Shown piece after piece: positions 1-9,166 of a DNA stretch of 64,000 nucleotides (the first letter of the stretch is position 1; every line of letters starts with the position of its first letter). The notes under the pieces were generated by a model. The model did no database searches. It was given only the letters and a program-made list of their open reading frames with translations, and had not been told where the DNA came from. The stretch comes from a virus. The stretch is taken from positions 1 through 64,000 of the IMG/VR virus record IMGVR_UViG_3300033149_004284; one strand, 5' to 3'. The position numbers were made by a program, and so were the translations under genes.

Positions 1-1
1 T

Positions 2-868
2 ACAGGCAATGAGCGTATTCAATTCAATGCCGCTGGCACGGTTCAAGTCTTGGGCGCAGATGTTACGATGGATTCTGATCTGACGGTATCTGGCGGCGTC
101 AACGTCGGCACGGCGACGGGGGCGGCGACTAATCAAGTGGCCATTGGTGCTCCTCCTAGCTCCCTGCTGACAATTGGCATGACCATCAATCAGGCTGGCA
201 ACGACGATGAAATCCTAGCATTTCAATCTAGCGATGTAGCGCATGGAGGCACAGACATTGCGGATACAGACACATATGGAACTATCCAAAAGGCTGGTGG
301 GGTCGCTGGCGGACTGAAGATTACTGGACTGAGGGACGCTGATGGGCCCAACCGCCAGGCACTTCTCTTGGCGGGATTTTTGGGCGAGAATGCAGACACA
401 ACCAAAAGTGCAACTGGGACGGCTATTATCGAAATGGACGCAGCGCAGATTAGTGGAACTGGAGACGCTGATTTGGTAGCCAACGGGAATATTGTTGCCA
501 TTCGGGCACATCGGGATGGAGGATTCGCCACTATCTGGATTCTTGATGAGGATGGCGATGTATACATAGATGGAACCCAGAATACATATGATAAATACGA
601 CGACGCAGTGATGGCCTGGGACGCGACTAGGGTGTTGGCAGACAGGGGTGCGGAAATTTTGCGCTATAACAAGAAATCTCTTGTAAGAGCGGGAGTTATG
701 TCACCTGCTGGCTGGATAAGCCAAAGGGGTACGACGAAGCTATTGATGGGTGCTGTTGGACAACTTTGGCAACAGGATCAGCGGGCCGACGCCGAACGCG
801 AGGCAATCCGGGCAGAGATATTGGTGTTACAGAAGCGATTGAATAGTATAGAGGGGAGAGACCAATGA
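2..868 (+). CDS. Tail fibre-like protein, C-terminal part (5' truncated by window edge)
   Basis: Frame is open from position 2; Gly/Thr/Ala/Asp-rich beta-type sequence ending in a coiled coil (EREAIRAEILVLQKRLNSIE), typical of fibre C-terminal chaperone regions. Confidence 0.65.
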   Translation, partial: TGNERIQFNAAGTVQVLGADVTMDSDLTVSGGVNVGTATGAATNQVAIGAPPSSLLTIGMTINQAGNDDEILAFQSSDVAHGGTDIADTDTYGTIQKAGGVAGGLKITGLRDADGPNRQALLLAGFLGENADTTKSATGTAIIEMDAAQISGTGDADLVANGNIVAIRAHRDGGFATIWILDEDGDVYIDGTQNTYDKYDDAVMAWDATRVLADRGAEILRYNKKSLVRAGVMSPAGWISQRGTTKLLMGAVGQLWQQDQRADAEREAIRAEILVLQKRLNSIEGRDQ

Positions 869-1302
869 CTGAAGTCAGCATTCCTAATCACCAACTGATT
901 GACAACTCCCGTAACGACCATGCGGGGGTAGTGCTCAGAGCCTTGCGGAAACTTTTGCCTCTCAACATTCCGCTGGATGGCGGGCTTCGAGTAAGGAAGT
1001 TGCTCAGGGCTATCACAGAACACCTTGAGGATGTAGAGAGCCTGCGGATGGATACTTTGAAGACACTCGCGGTGTTGGATGAGAATGGCAATTTCGCCCA
1101 TGAAGAGGGAAGTCCTGCCACGTCTGTGCAATTCAGAGATACCGAGGCGGCGATGCAATTCGCTGAGTTCTACAATGAGCTCATGCAGAAGACATTCGAC
1201 ACTGACCTTACCCTGACCAGGGCGCATCTCCAGGACGATAAGCATGTCTGGCAAGGCAAAACTGAAATACTCACAGAACTTGGTGATTTGCTGGAGGAAT
1301 AA
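865..1302 (+). CDS. Hypothetical phage protein, DUF1617-like (fibre-associated)
   Basis: ATGA overlap with fibre gene; helical protein with ..LRMDTLKTLAVLDENGN.. pattern. Confidence 0.45.
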   Translation: MTEVSIPNHQLIDNSRNDHAGVVLRALRKLLPLNIPLDGGLRVRKLLRAITEHLEDVESLRMDTLKTLAVLDENGNFAHEEGSPATSVQFRDTEAAMQFAEFYNELMQKTFDTDLTLTRAHLQDDKHVWQGKTEILTELGDLLEE

Positions 1303-2852
1303 TGCTAGGCTATCCCACTACGCGGCGTTGGCATGTCAGTCAGAGATTTGGAGACCATCCCGACTGGTATGCTCCCTATAATCTGGCTGGCCATGAGGGA
1401 GTCGATTTTGCTTGTCCAGCGGGAACGCCAGTCTTTGCAAGCCATGACGGATGGTGTGAGCCAAGATGGAGAACTGCCTATGGAGAGCACGTCTATCTTT
1501 ACGGAGACGAGTGCTTGACTCTTTATGCCCATCTTAGTAAGATCAGTGTGGCTATGGGTCAGCGAGTGAAACGAGGGGAACAGATAGGGGAATCGGGGAA
1601 CACAGGCCGAACAACTGGCCCCCACCTCCATTTGGGCTTGAAAGTGAATGGGGTGCTGAACGGCCCATATAAAGATTGGATTGATCCTGTGCCGTACTTT
1701 GAGAAGGAGGATGTTATGACTAAGACCACAATGCATGTTCAGAGAGTTGAATCATGGATGGAGCAGGCTATCCGTGACCTGGGGGCCGATTGGGTGAAGT
1801 TAGTAAACCCTCCAGCTGGGCCAGACCCGATGCCGCGCGTGGCGAACAAGCTAGTTCGGTTATGGACAGACGACATAGACGCTGGATACATTCGCCGAGG
1901 GGAGGAGGGAGGCCGTGACTTTGTACGTAGGATGTTGCCAGAATGGAGAGGTCGCCCGTGGGCTACCTGCTACTCCCTTGCGAATGAGCCAGAGTGTAAC
2001 AATCCAGATAGCAACCCAGACGCCTTAGCCCATTTATGTGGCTATTCTATTGGGGCGATGAAGGAAGCCAGTGCGAACGGCATCCGAGTAGTCATTCTGG
2101 ACTTACCAGAAGGTAACCCATCAGGCGACGAGGGGGCAGTTCGCTGGAAATTAGAACAACTGGCTCCTGCGGTGCAGATGGCTGGGGTATTGGGGCACTA
2201 TGTTGGCCTTCATGCCTACTGGCGACCCGATGTCGAGGGGCCACTTGGCCGATGGCATGCTTTGGGCCGCATCGAGTGGGATATGGCCCAATGGATAGGC
2301 AAGGGTGTAACCTCCATGGGTGTAACCTCTAGCCCGCGTGTGCTCCTGACCGAGTGGGGAGTAGACGGTGGTATCGCAGGCCGCACTCCAAAGGAAGGCT
2401 GGCGTAAACTATATCCTGATCCACAGACATATTTCCACGAGGTGGCAGAGGGTGAGAAGCGACTTCGAGACTTACCTTGGATCATCGCGGCATTCCTATT
2501 CGACTTCGGCTACGAGGAACCTTGGTACCACTATGATCACGACGAGGGGGCAACCAGAAGCATCATAGGAGCGATGCAGGCATTACCTGACGAAGCCAGC
2601 TCAATAGCTCCCGTAGAGGAGTCCTCAGTGTCTGATATCGCATGGGCCAAATCTGCGCTCGGCAGCTGGCCCGCGACCATGAAAGACGCAAGGATCAATC
2701 ATGAGGAATGGATTATGCAAGACCCTGATAATCCGTGGCGCTACATTTCGCGGGTCGATACGACTGACACCTACTATGTAGTAGTGCTCGACCCCAATAC
2801 ATGGAAGCGAGTGCGAGCCACTTTAGTAGGCCAAACAACAGACTTGCTCTAA
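1302..2852 (+). CDS. Endolysin: N-terminal M23 peptidase plus glycoside-hydrolase-like TIM-barrel domain
   Basis: M23 motifs HEGVDF, YAHL, TTGPHLH; downstream clan-A GH-like NEP, GLHAY and LTEWG motifs. Confidence 0.85.
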   Translation: MLGYPTTRRWHVSQRFGDHPDWYAPYNLAGHEGVDFACPAGTPVFASHDGWCEPRWRTAYGEHVYLYGDECLTLYAHLSKISVAMGQRVKRGEQIGESGNTGRTTGPHLHLGLKVNGVLNGPYKDWIDPVPYFEKEDVMTKTTMHVQRVESWMEQAIRDLGADWVKLVNPPAGPDPMPRVANKLVRLWTDDIDAGYIRRGEEGGRDFVRRMLPEWRGRPWATCYSLANEPECNNPDSNPDALAHLCGYSIGAMKEASANGIRVVILDLPEGNPSGDEGAVRWKLEQLAPAVQMAGVLGHYVGLHAYWRPDVEGPLGRWHALGRIEWDMAQWIGKGVTSMGVTSSPRVLLTEWGVDGGIAGRTPKEGWRKLYPDPQTYFHEVAEGEKRLRDLPWIIAAFLFDFGYEEPWYHYDHDEGATRSIIGAMQALPDEASSIAPVEESSVSDIAWAKSALGSWPATMKDARINHEEWIMQDPDNPWRYISRVDTTDTYYVVVLDPNTWKRVRATLVGQTTDLL

Positions 2853-3003
2853 GATGATACAGAAGCGTGGAAAGTGTTAGATGGTAAGGTACTGTGAGAG
2901 GCAACTTGTGGAGATGATGCGCCTGGCCATGTACCATATCTTGCCCAGGGCCAATTTCGAGGCTATAATAAAAAGTAACTGGTGAACAACTAGGGAGGTA
3001 GAA

Positions 3004-3513
3004 ATGCAAGCAACATTGGCACGAACACTGAGCACACACTTCGATGTGGTGTGTCGGGGGCCAGACGGGAAACTCAAGTGGACGGATGAGTTCGATAACC
3101 TGGTGGTGAACGCCGGCCTGGACGACAGTCTGGACAAACACCTCAAAGGGTCGTCTTACACAGCGGCCTGGTATGTTGGGCTTACTGATGGTACTCCATC
3201 ATTTGCCGCAGGCGACACAGAATCTAGCCATGCTGGTTGGACTGAGGTAACTGCATACGATGAGGCGAACCGCCAGACACTTACGCTTGGTTCGGTCTCA
3301 GGGCAGTCGGTGGATAACTCGGCTTCCAAGGCAGTCTTTACCATCGATACCAACGACACTACAGTCGGTGGAGCCTTCATCACTACTACTGCTACCAAGG
3401 GCGGTAGCGTGGATACTCTCTATGGTGGAGGAGCTTTCACAGCGGGTGACAAGACGATTGATGACGGGGACTCCCTCACCCTGACAATAACCTGTACCGC
3501 TGCTGCGAGCTGA
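3004..3513 (+). CDS. Phage structural/tail-associated protein
   Basis: Strong RBS GGAGGT; Thr/Gly/Ala-rich beta protein with NLVVNAG..WYVGL pattern, in structural context. Confidence 0.6.
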   Translation: MQATLARTLSTHFDVVCRGPDGKLKWTDEFDNLVVNAGLDDSLDKHLKGSSYTAAWYVGLTDGTPSFAAGDTESSHAGWTEVTAYDEANRQTLTLGSVSGQSVDNSASKAVFTIDTNDTTVGGAFITTTATKGGSVDTLYGGGAFTAGDKTIDDGDSLTLTITCTAAAS

Positions 3514-3540
3514 CTCTAAGCTCACAACTAAGGGTAAGGT

Positions 3541-3681
3541 ATGGCTAGAAAGTGGTTGGAGGTTCTGTCAAAGCGTAACAGAACCTCCAAAACGAAGCGG
3601 CTCTACGAGGACGGTCAGTCCACCAACAAGTACAGTTGGGACGGTACGCTCCTGTATTATGATAGGAGACTGGGATTTTGA
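3541..3681 (+). pseudogene. 46-codon N-terminal relic of a large virion protein
   Basis: Translates MARKWLEVLSKRNRTSKTKRLYEDGQSTNKYSWDGTLLYYDRRLGF*; TGATG-coupled to the next ORF. Confidence 0.4.
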
Positions 3682-6407
3682 TGCTCCGAGAACCATCCTT
3701 GAAAGAAAACAGCACATATGAGATCACACTTGCTGGCGGCGATATAGTTGAAGTTGGCAACAGGCAAATTACGGATTTCGAGCCTCATGTCAAGCTAAGT
3801 CGCTGGGGAGGCGAGTGCTTCGTCAAAGTTGGTCTTTCACCCCAAAGGAAGATTTTGCCTGTTCTAGAAGACGGTAAAATCAAATGGATTGATAGGGATA
3901 CGGAAGCCTACTTCTATGCACTGGAACCCAGGACTGTCGTCGCCAAAAATAAGGCAGGTATAGCTAGTGAGTTCGGCCAATGTGAACTTGGAGGTTTTGA
4001 ATTTGAGGTTATCTTCAAGAAGAAGCCAGCTACTAACGAGATTATCTTCAATATTGAAACACAGGGACTCAAGTTCTACTACCAACCGCCACTTACACAA
4101 GAGGAAATTGCTGATGGGGCAATCGGACCAGAAAACGTAGTTGGCTCCTATGCTGTCTACCATGCCACCAGAACGAACATGCACACCTCTGAGGCAGATG
4201 CGGAAAAGTACAGATGTGGCAAAGCCTTTCATATCTATCGGCCAAAGATGACCGATGCAGAAGGAAACTGGACTTGGGAAGAGCTGAATATTGAGAATGG
4301 AATTCTGTCCATTACTTGCCCCCAAGAGTTTCTGGATAATGCTATTTATCCTATAAGTAGCAAGGGAACGAAGTTCGGATATGAAACACTGGGGTCTTAT
4401 AGTTTTAGCGCAATTCCTGATGGGGCAATTATAGGAAGTATTTTTACTCTATCCGAGGCTGGGGATGCTTCTAAGATGACATTGGGGCTTAGCCTGTTTT
4501 TGGATTCGATAGAAGAGAATAGCGTTGTGGTTATTCAAGGTAAAGGCGAGCTTCCTATTAAACAAGCAAGAATTGGAGACCTTGTTTTAGGTTACGATTT
4601 AGACAGGGAGAGAGTATCTTACAATAAAATCACCCGCTTGCATAGCCATAAGATAAAGGGATACATAGAAATCAATGGCCTGAAACTGACGCCAGATCAT
4701 TTGGTGTATGTTGAAAAGGGTTGGAGAAAAGCAGACGAGATTAGAGAAGGAGACAAGGTATTCGATGGACAAAGATGGATTGTTGTAAAAAAGGCCATTC
4801 CTCACGATGAATCAGTAGTTGCATATCATTTTGAGATAGAAGATGAACACAATTGCTTCGCCAACGGCATACTTGTTCACAATTTTGAGATCGCGTTTAA
4901 GGCAGCAATTTACGATTCATCTTTGGATTTAGTCGAACACGGAACAACCGATGAAGGAACTACAACCCAAGAAGCAGAGAAGTGGTATGATGTAGCCTTT
5001 GGCACCTCTCCAAGTCTGGCTGCTGGGGATTATTGGTTAGTTTTTAGTAGCGATGATCCAGGAGCCTACGCCTTCAATAAACTGTGCTACGATGTTGGCG
5101 CAGAGAATCAAGGAATGGGCGACGATACATCATGCGCTAGCTACGGAAGTTTATGGCCTGCCACTATATCCCTCGATGAACAAAATAACTACAAATACTC
5201 CATTTATTGTACGTACACGGCGGGGGCACAGCCTGAAGACTATCCCGTATCTCTATCCCTCTCACGCGTGGCTACAGCGGCAGCGTCGGGTCAGGCAGGA
5301 ACTCTTGGCAGCGCATCGCTAGGGCGGGCAGCTGGGGTATCTGATGGGGGGCAAGCTGGGACGCTGGCTGGTGCGTCGCTGACTAGGTCAGTGGGGCTAT
5401 CACCAACGAGGGTGGCAGGAATTGGAGCCGCCATTTCTTTGGCTAGGTCAGTGGGGGTGAGTGATACCGCTCTAGGCGTAAGCCTGGGCACGATGACTTT
5501 GGACCGAGAAGGCGGAATCTCGACGGCGGCTCTGGCTGCTGTAATAGCTGATGCTTCCCTAGCAAGACAAACAGGACTGACAGATTCAGGGCAAGCGACA
5601 GGCTTGGGTGTACTAGACCTAGAACGAGTCGATGCAATATCAGCAGCGGGAGTAGCAGCTGCCTTGGCGAGTACCTCTCTGGCAAGATTAGCAGGGATGT
5701 CAGCAACAAGAGTAGCAGGGGTCAAGGCCGCCATATCCTTGGCCAGGGCTGCTGGATTGAGCGACGCGGCTCTAGCTGTAAGTCTGGGTACAATAGCTCT
5801 GGACCGAAATGCCACTATCTCGGCTGTGGCTCTGGCAGTGGCATTAGCAAGTGCCTCCTTGACAAGGCAGATAGGATTGACAGATGCAGGCGTGGCTGCC
5901 ACTCAATCTGCTGCCTCCTTGTTGAGACGGGCAGGACTAAGTGCTGAGTCTTTGGCCTCGGCCTTGGCCGCAGCAGCACTTTCGAGGTCGGATGGAGCAA
6001 CTCTAACAGCCTCAGCTCAGGCCCTAGCAGATGCCCTCCTGGGCATATTTCAAGGGCTGGCGGCTTCCCCTAGACTAGACTTCAAATCTTCACTTACCCT
6101 AGACCGCTCCCTGGGACTGACCTCCTCAGGAGCAGCTGCAACAGAGGCACTTACAGCCTCAGCCTTAGCCCTAGGCGTGGACGCAAGTGCTTTGGCTTCA
6201 GCCACTACCTCAATGACATTGACTAGGCAACAGGTCATCTCGTTGCTTGTCGAAGTAGTCGTGATTGCGTCCCTTGGATTCGTAGAAGTCGCAGAGACAT
6301 TGCTGAATACCATCTCGGCCAGCGACACGAGCTCGACTAACCTGGCTGTCAGTGAGACGCTTCTTGGCAAGATCGCTGTTAGCGACTTGGGGGATGAAAA
6401 TGGCTAA
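3678..6407 (+). CDS. Large virion-type protein with internal Hint (intein-like) domain and C-terminal 20-aa Ala/Ser/Leu repeats
   Basis: 909-aa ORF; Hint blocks recognisable; about 16 LxR-anchored 20-aa repeats. Confidence 0.75.
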   Translation: MMLREPSLKENSTYEITLAGGDIVEVGNRQITDFEPHVKLSRWGGECFVKVGLSPQRKILPVLEDGKIKWIDRDTEAYFYALEPRTVVAKNKAGIASEFGQCELGGFEFEVIFKKKPATNEIIFNIETQGLKFYYQPPLTQEEIADGAIGPENVVGSYAVYHATRTNMHTSEADAEKYRCGKAFHIYRPKMTDAEGNWTWEELNIENGILSITCPQEFLDNAIYPISSKGTKFGYETLGSYSFSAIPDGAIIGSIFTLSEAGDASKMTLGLSLFLDSIEENSVVVIQGKGELPIKQARIGDLVLGYDLDRERVSYNKITRLHSHKIKGYIEINGLKLTPDHLVYVEKGWRKADEIREGDKVFDGQRWIVVKKAIPHDESVVAYHFEIEDEHNCFANGILVHNFEIAFKAAIYDSSLDLVEHGTTDEGTTTQEAEKWYDVAFGTSPSLAAGDYWLVFSSDDPGAYAFNKLCYDVGAENQGMGDDTSCASYGSLWPATISLDEQNNYKYSIYCTYTAGAQPEDYPVSLSLSRVATAAASGQAGTLGSASLGRAAGVSDGGQAGTLAGASLTRSVGLSPTRVAGIGAAISLARSVGVSDTALGVSLGTMTLDREGGISTAALAAVIADASLARQTGLTDSGQATGLGVLDLERVDAISAAGVAAALASTSLARLAGMSATRVAGVKAAISLARAAGLSDAALAVSLGTIALDRNATISAVALAVALASASLTRQIGLTDAGVAATQSAASLLRRAGLSAESLASALAAAALSRSDGATLTASAQALADALLGIFQGLAASPRLDFKSSLTLDRSLGLTSSGAAATEALTASALALGVDASALASATTSMTLTRQQVISLLVEVVVIASLGFVEVAETLLNTISASDTSSTNLAVSETLLGKIAVSDLGDENG
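4506..4883 (+). mobile_element. 126-aa Hint domain (mini-intein / bacterial intein-like), no endonuclease
   Basis: Block A SIEENSVVVI..PIKQARIGDLVLGYD, block B LTPDHLVYV, block F/G YHFEIEDEHNCFANGILVHN; next residue is Phe. Confidence 0.85.
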
Positions 6408-6699
6408 CGTGTATGATATAGGCGACCTAGTCAAGGTCGCAGGAGCCTTCACAGATGTGGACGACCAGGACGTCGACCCAACGACCGTCACCTTTAAATT
6501 CACTGACCCCTCAGGCAATACTACTACGTACATCTACGAAACTGACGACGAATTAGTCCAAGACTCAAAGGGCCACTATCATGCGAATGTCAGCATTGAT
6601 GAGGCAGGGACTTGGTTCTACCGATGGGAGAGTACGGGTACGGGCCAGGCTGCTGAAGAGGGTCACTTCGTGGTGCGGAGGTCAAACATTGCGACATAG
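6400..6699 (+). CDS. Small beta-sandwich structural protein (BppU N-terminal-like)
   Basis: YDIGDLVKV..DPTTVTFKFTDPSG..GHYHA..GTWFYRW pattern; overlaps previous stop. Confidence 0.55.
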   Translation: MANVYDIGDLVKVAGAFTDVDDQDVDPTTVTFKFTDPSGNTTTYIYETDDELVQDSKGHYHANVSIDEAGTWFYRWESTGTGQAAEEGHFVVRRSNIAT

Positions 6700-6803
6700 T
6701 CCACGGAACCGTGATTGCATACTATCCCTAGTGGGGTGAGAATAGAAACATCCCCATAGGTAGTAGGTGGCTTAGACATCACACAAAAAATAGGGAGATC
6801 ACA

Positions 6804-7082
6804 ATGGGGGTTTCTTTCGAGGTCTTTGTTCCCGTGATAGTTGCCTGTTTCGCTGCTATCTTGAGAGTTTACAGTTACAGCCACAAGGTAGCCCGCGACA
6901 TCGAGGCCAGGGATATCAAAGACAAGGAAGCCATTCTCAGGAAGTTGGATGGGTTAGTAACAGACATCCAGGGGATGAAAGTGGCCTTAACCAACCGTCT
7001 AACTAGGATTGAGACGACGCTCTCCATTGATCCACCTGGGAAGGCTTCACTTGATCCCCCTGGGAAGGTTTTGAGGAAATGA
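6804..7082 (+). CDS. Single-TM coiled-coil membrane protein (holin/hemolysin-like)
   Basis: N-terminal hydrophobic helix followed by coiled coil ending RLTRIET; RBS GGGAG. Confidence 0.55.
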   Translation: MGVSFEVFVPVIVACFAAILRVYSYSHKVARDIEARDIKDKEAILRKLDGLVTDIQGMKVALTNRLTRIETTLSIDPPGKASLDPPGKVLRK

Positions 7083-7486
7083 CCATTACTGATGTGTATA
7101 AGCAGCGTCATGCGGGGAGGATGGCGGGGCTTTTTGAGTTAGACCCTGAAGACCCCGACTATGAGGTCTTTGGTAGGCCAACTCACATCGCAGTTGGGAG
7201 CGGGACTTTGACTTCAGGGGAAGCCAGCAAATTGACTGCCCTGGTGAACGAAGTCGCCAGACAGCCGATCACGGCCAGATGGCGGACTGGGGGCAATTCA
7301 GACATAGCCAGATTCTCGGCCATCTTCACCAAGGGGGTTGGCAACGCTACCTGGAAGGAGATAGGGCTGTTCAATGCGGGGTCAGGTGGGGATATGCTGG
7401 TGAGGGACGAGAATGCGGATGGATACTGTACTAAGACAGCCTCTCAAGTCAAGGTTGTGGTATGCCAGTTGCGTATCAGTGGCTAG
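7079..7486 (+). CDS. Tail-collar/fibre N-terminal-like domain protein
   Basis: THIAVGSG..L.NEVAR..WKEIGLFNA..GDML.R motifs. Confidence 0.65.
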   Translation: MTITDVYKQRHAGRMAGLFELDPEDPDYEVFGRPTHIAVGSGTLTSGEASKLTALVNEVARQPITARWRTGGNSDIARFSAIFTKGVGNATWKEIGLFNAGSGGDMLVRDENADGYCTKTASQVKVVVCQLRISG

Positions 7487-7501
7487 CTAAAGCTAGGAAA
7501 G

Positions 7502-8449
7502 GTGTCTATGAGAGACTGGTTTGGTAGGCTATTCAGATTCCTTAATCCATCCAGTAAGATCACTATTTACGAAGACCTGGTAACCGATACCTATAGGCTA
7601 TTACATGCTAAGTGGTTGCTGGGAGGGGATGCCCAGGACGCGCCTGGCGACTATTCAGACCCCGCCATTCCTGACTATGTAGCAGTAGGAACTGGGCAGT
7701 GGGAACTAGGCAGTGGAGCGAAGGTCAAGACGGCCCTGAAAGCTGAGATGGCACGGGTGCAGGTTCAGACTAAGCAAGTGAAAGACCTGGGCTTGACTGC
7801 TAGATTGACAGCAGTGTTTCCTCCAGGTACAGCGACCATGGCCTGGCATGAGATAGGGCTGTTCAATGCGCCTGAGATAGCTACTACCATCTCCGAATGC
7901 GACTCGGAGGGCACTGCTCCCGCCTGGACTTACGGGGATAATAGCGGAAGTCTGGAGCTAGTAGCATACCGCCAGGGATCAGCTTGCCTGGAGGCAGTTG
8001 GAACTGCGCCCAGCCCAAGGTTTGTGAACTCGATTTTAGATGTTACTCCCAACATTACTACTGCGGGCTACTTCCAGCTATACTACTATGTAGATGCCAT
8101 CACGCATCTAGCAGGTAACCTTGAGATTAAAATTGGGAACGATAGTAGTAACTACTGGCAATTCAATACCGCTCATGGAGATATCGAGGCAGGCTGGCAG
8201 TGGTTATCCTTCAAGGTCAGTGAAAGGAGCTCTGAGACAGGCAGTCCTGACATAGGCCAGACTATCAACTACTTCTATCTGGGATACAGTGCGCCTCTGG
8301 GTGGCTCCCTCCTCGATAGGATAGACTTCATTCGGATGTTTGAGGAGAACGGAGATATGTATACTCGCCATGAGATGGTAGCGAGTAACACGAAAGGCGT
8401 CAATGAAGCCAAACACGTCATTGCGAAATTACAGATAAAGGGAGGCTAG
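7502..8449 (+). CDS. Paralogous tail-collar/fibre-like protein with inserted CBM-like domain
   Basis: YVAVGTG..LKAEMAR..WHEIGLFNA, then about 155 aa aromatic beta-rich insert, then GDMYTR. Confidence 0.65.
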   Translation: MSMRDWFGRLFRFLNPSSKITIYEDLVTDTYRLLHAKWLLGGDAQDAPGDYSDPAIPDYVAVGTGQWELGSGAKVKTALKAEMARVQVQTKQVKDLGLTARLTAVFPPGTATMAWHEIGLFNAPEIATTISECDSEGTAPAWTYGDNSGSLELVAYRQGSACLEAVGTAPSPRFVNSILDVTPNITTAGYFQLYYYVDAITHLAGNLEIKIGNDSSNYWQFNTAHGDIEAGWQWLSFKVSERSSETGSPDIGQTINYFYLGYSAPLGGSLLDRIDFIRMFEENGDMYTRHEMVASNTKGVNEAKHVIAKLQIKGG

Positions 8450-8452
8450 GGC

Positions 8453-8944
8453 ATGAGTATGGAGAGTAGCGATCTTGGCGCAGGGGATGTCAAAGTTCTC
8501 AAGTCCCAGTATAACAACCTAAGGACAGACGTCAAGAATACTAGCAATCGCATAGTCTGTATTTGGGTTCCGGTTTTACTCAGTGGAGTGGCGACTACTA
8601 CTTCGACAACTTACGTAACTGTGCCTGTAGCTGGCAAAAGTGCGCTTGGCGTTCCTATAGATACTTCTCATCCCAAAACAGAGGGTGCTGGAACAGGAAC
8701 CTATAGATTCTATGCTTGGCTGCGGACAGTAGGTTCGGGGCTGGCAACAGGATACGTAAGATTGACTTATGCAGGAGGGACGTTGGAGCTTACTTCAACT
8801 CATGATGACCATGACATATACAGGGTAAACGATACCTTCTCTCCGTCCTCAGGCGTTTCAGATCTTTCCTTGGAGATAAAGACTAGCGATGCCGCGAAGG
8901 ATGTATATCTCTACGGTGCAATGGTGCAGGTTTGCATAACTTAG
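8453..8944 (+). CDS. Putative tail tip/fibre protein
   Basis: RBS GGAGG; N-terminal AGD..LKSQYNNLRTD motif and Thr-rich beta body. Confidence 0.5.
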   Translation: MSMESSDLGAGDVKVLKSQYNNLRTDVKNTSNRIVCIWVPVLLSGVATTTSTTYVTVPVAGKSALGVPIDTSHPKTEGAGTGTYRFYAWLRTVGSGLATGYVRLTYAGGTLELTSTHDDHDIYRVNDTFSPSSGVSDLSLEIKTSDAAKDVYLYGAMVQVCIT

Positions 8945-9050
8945 TAGATGGTAGAGGATAGATGGTAGGTGGACTGGAGTCGCTAGTAGACGTCCCAAGG
9001 ATACTACCTGGGCCTAAGATAGCAGGTGGCCCAGGTCCTGAGTCTGTGAT

Positions 9051-9118
9051 AGCAGGTGGCCCAGGACCGTCGCCCAAGCGATCCTGGACCCGTGAGTCTG
9101 GGCAACTCACAACCTGCC
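9051..9118 (-). ncRNA. Candidate structured RNA (three-way junction core)
   Basis: Intergenic; stems GGCAGGT/ACCTGCT, GTGAGT/ACTCAC, GGTCCAGGA/TCCTGGGCC; G-U pairs work only on the minus strand; directly downstream of a minus-strand promoter. Confidence 0.5.
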
Positions 9119-9137
9119 GGAGGAAAGCATGCCCAAC

Positions 9138-9166
9138 TTGACTTCTGATCACTCTTATTATACCAT
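9138..9166 (+). promoter_or_regulatory. Sigma70-type promoter for the 9200 and holin genes
   Basis: TTGACT-17 nt-TACCAT, overlapping the minus-strand promoter. Confidence 0.5.

Noticed and set aside
5291-6370. Long antisense ORFs over the Ala-rich repeat and similar shadow ORFs elsewhere
   Set aside because: Explained by codon bias of the sense gene; no RBS or motifs
9018-9065. Mini-CRISPR array
   Set aside because: Only two 18-nt copies separated by 12 nt; the same applies to the repeats at 28.4, 44.0 and 48.3 kb
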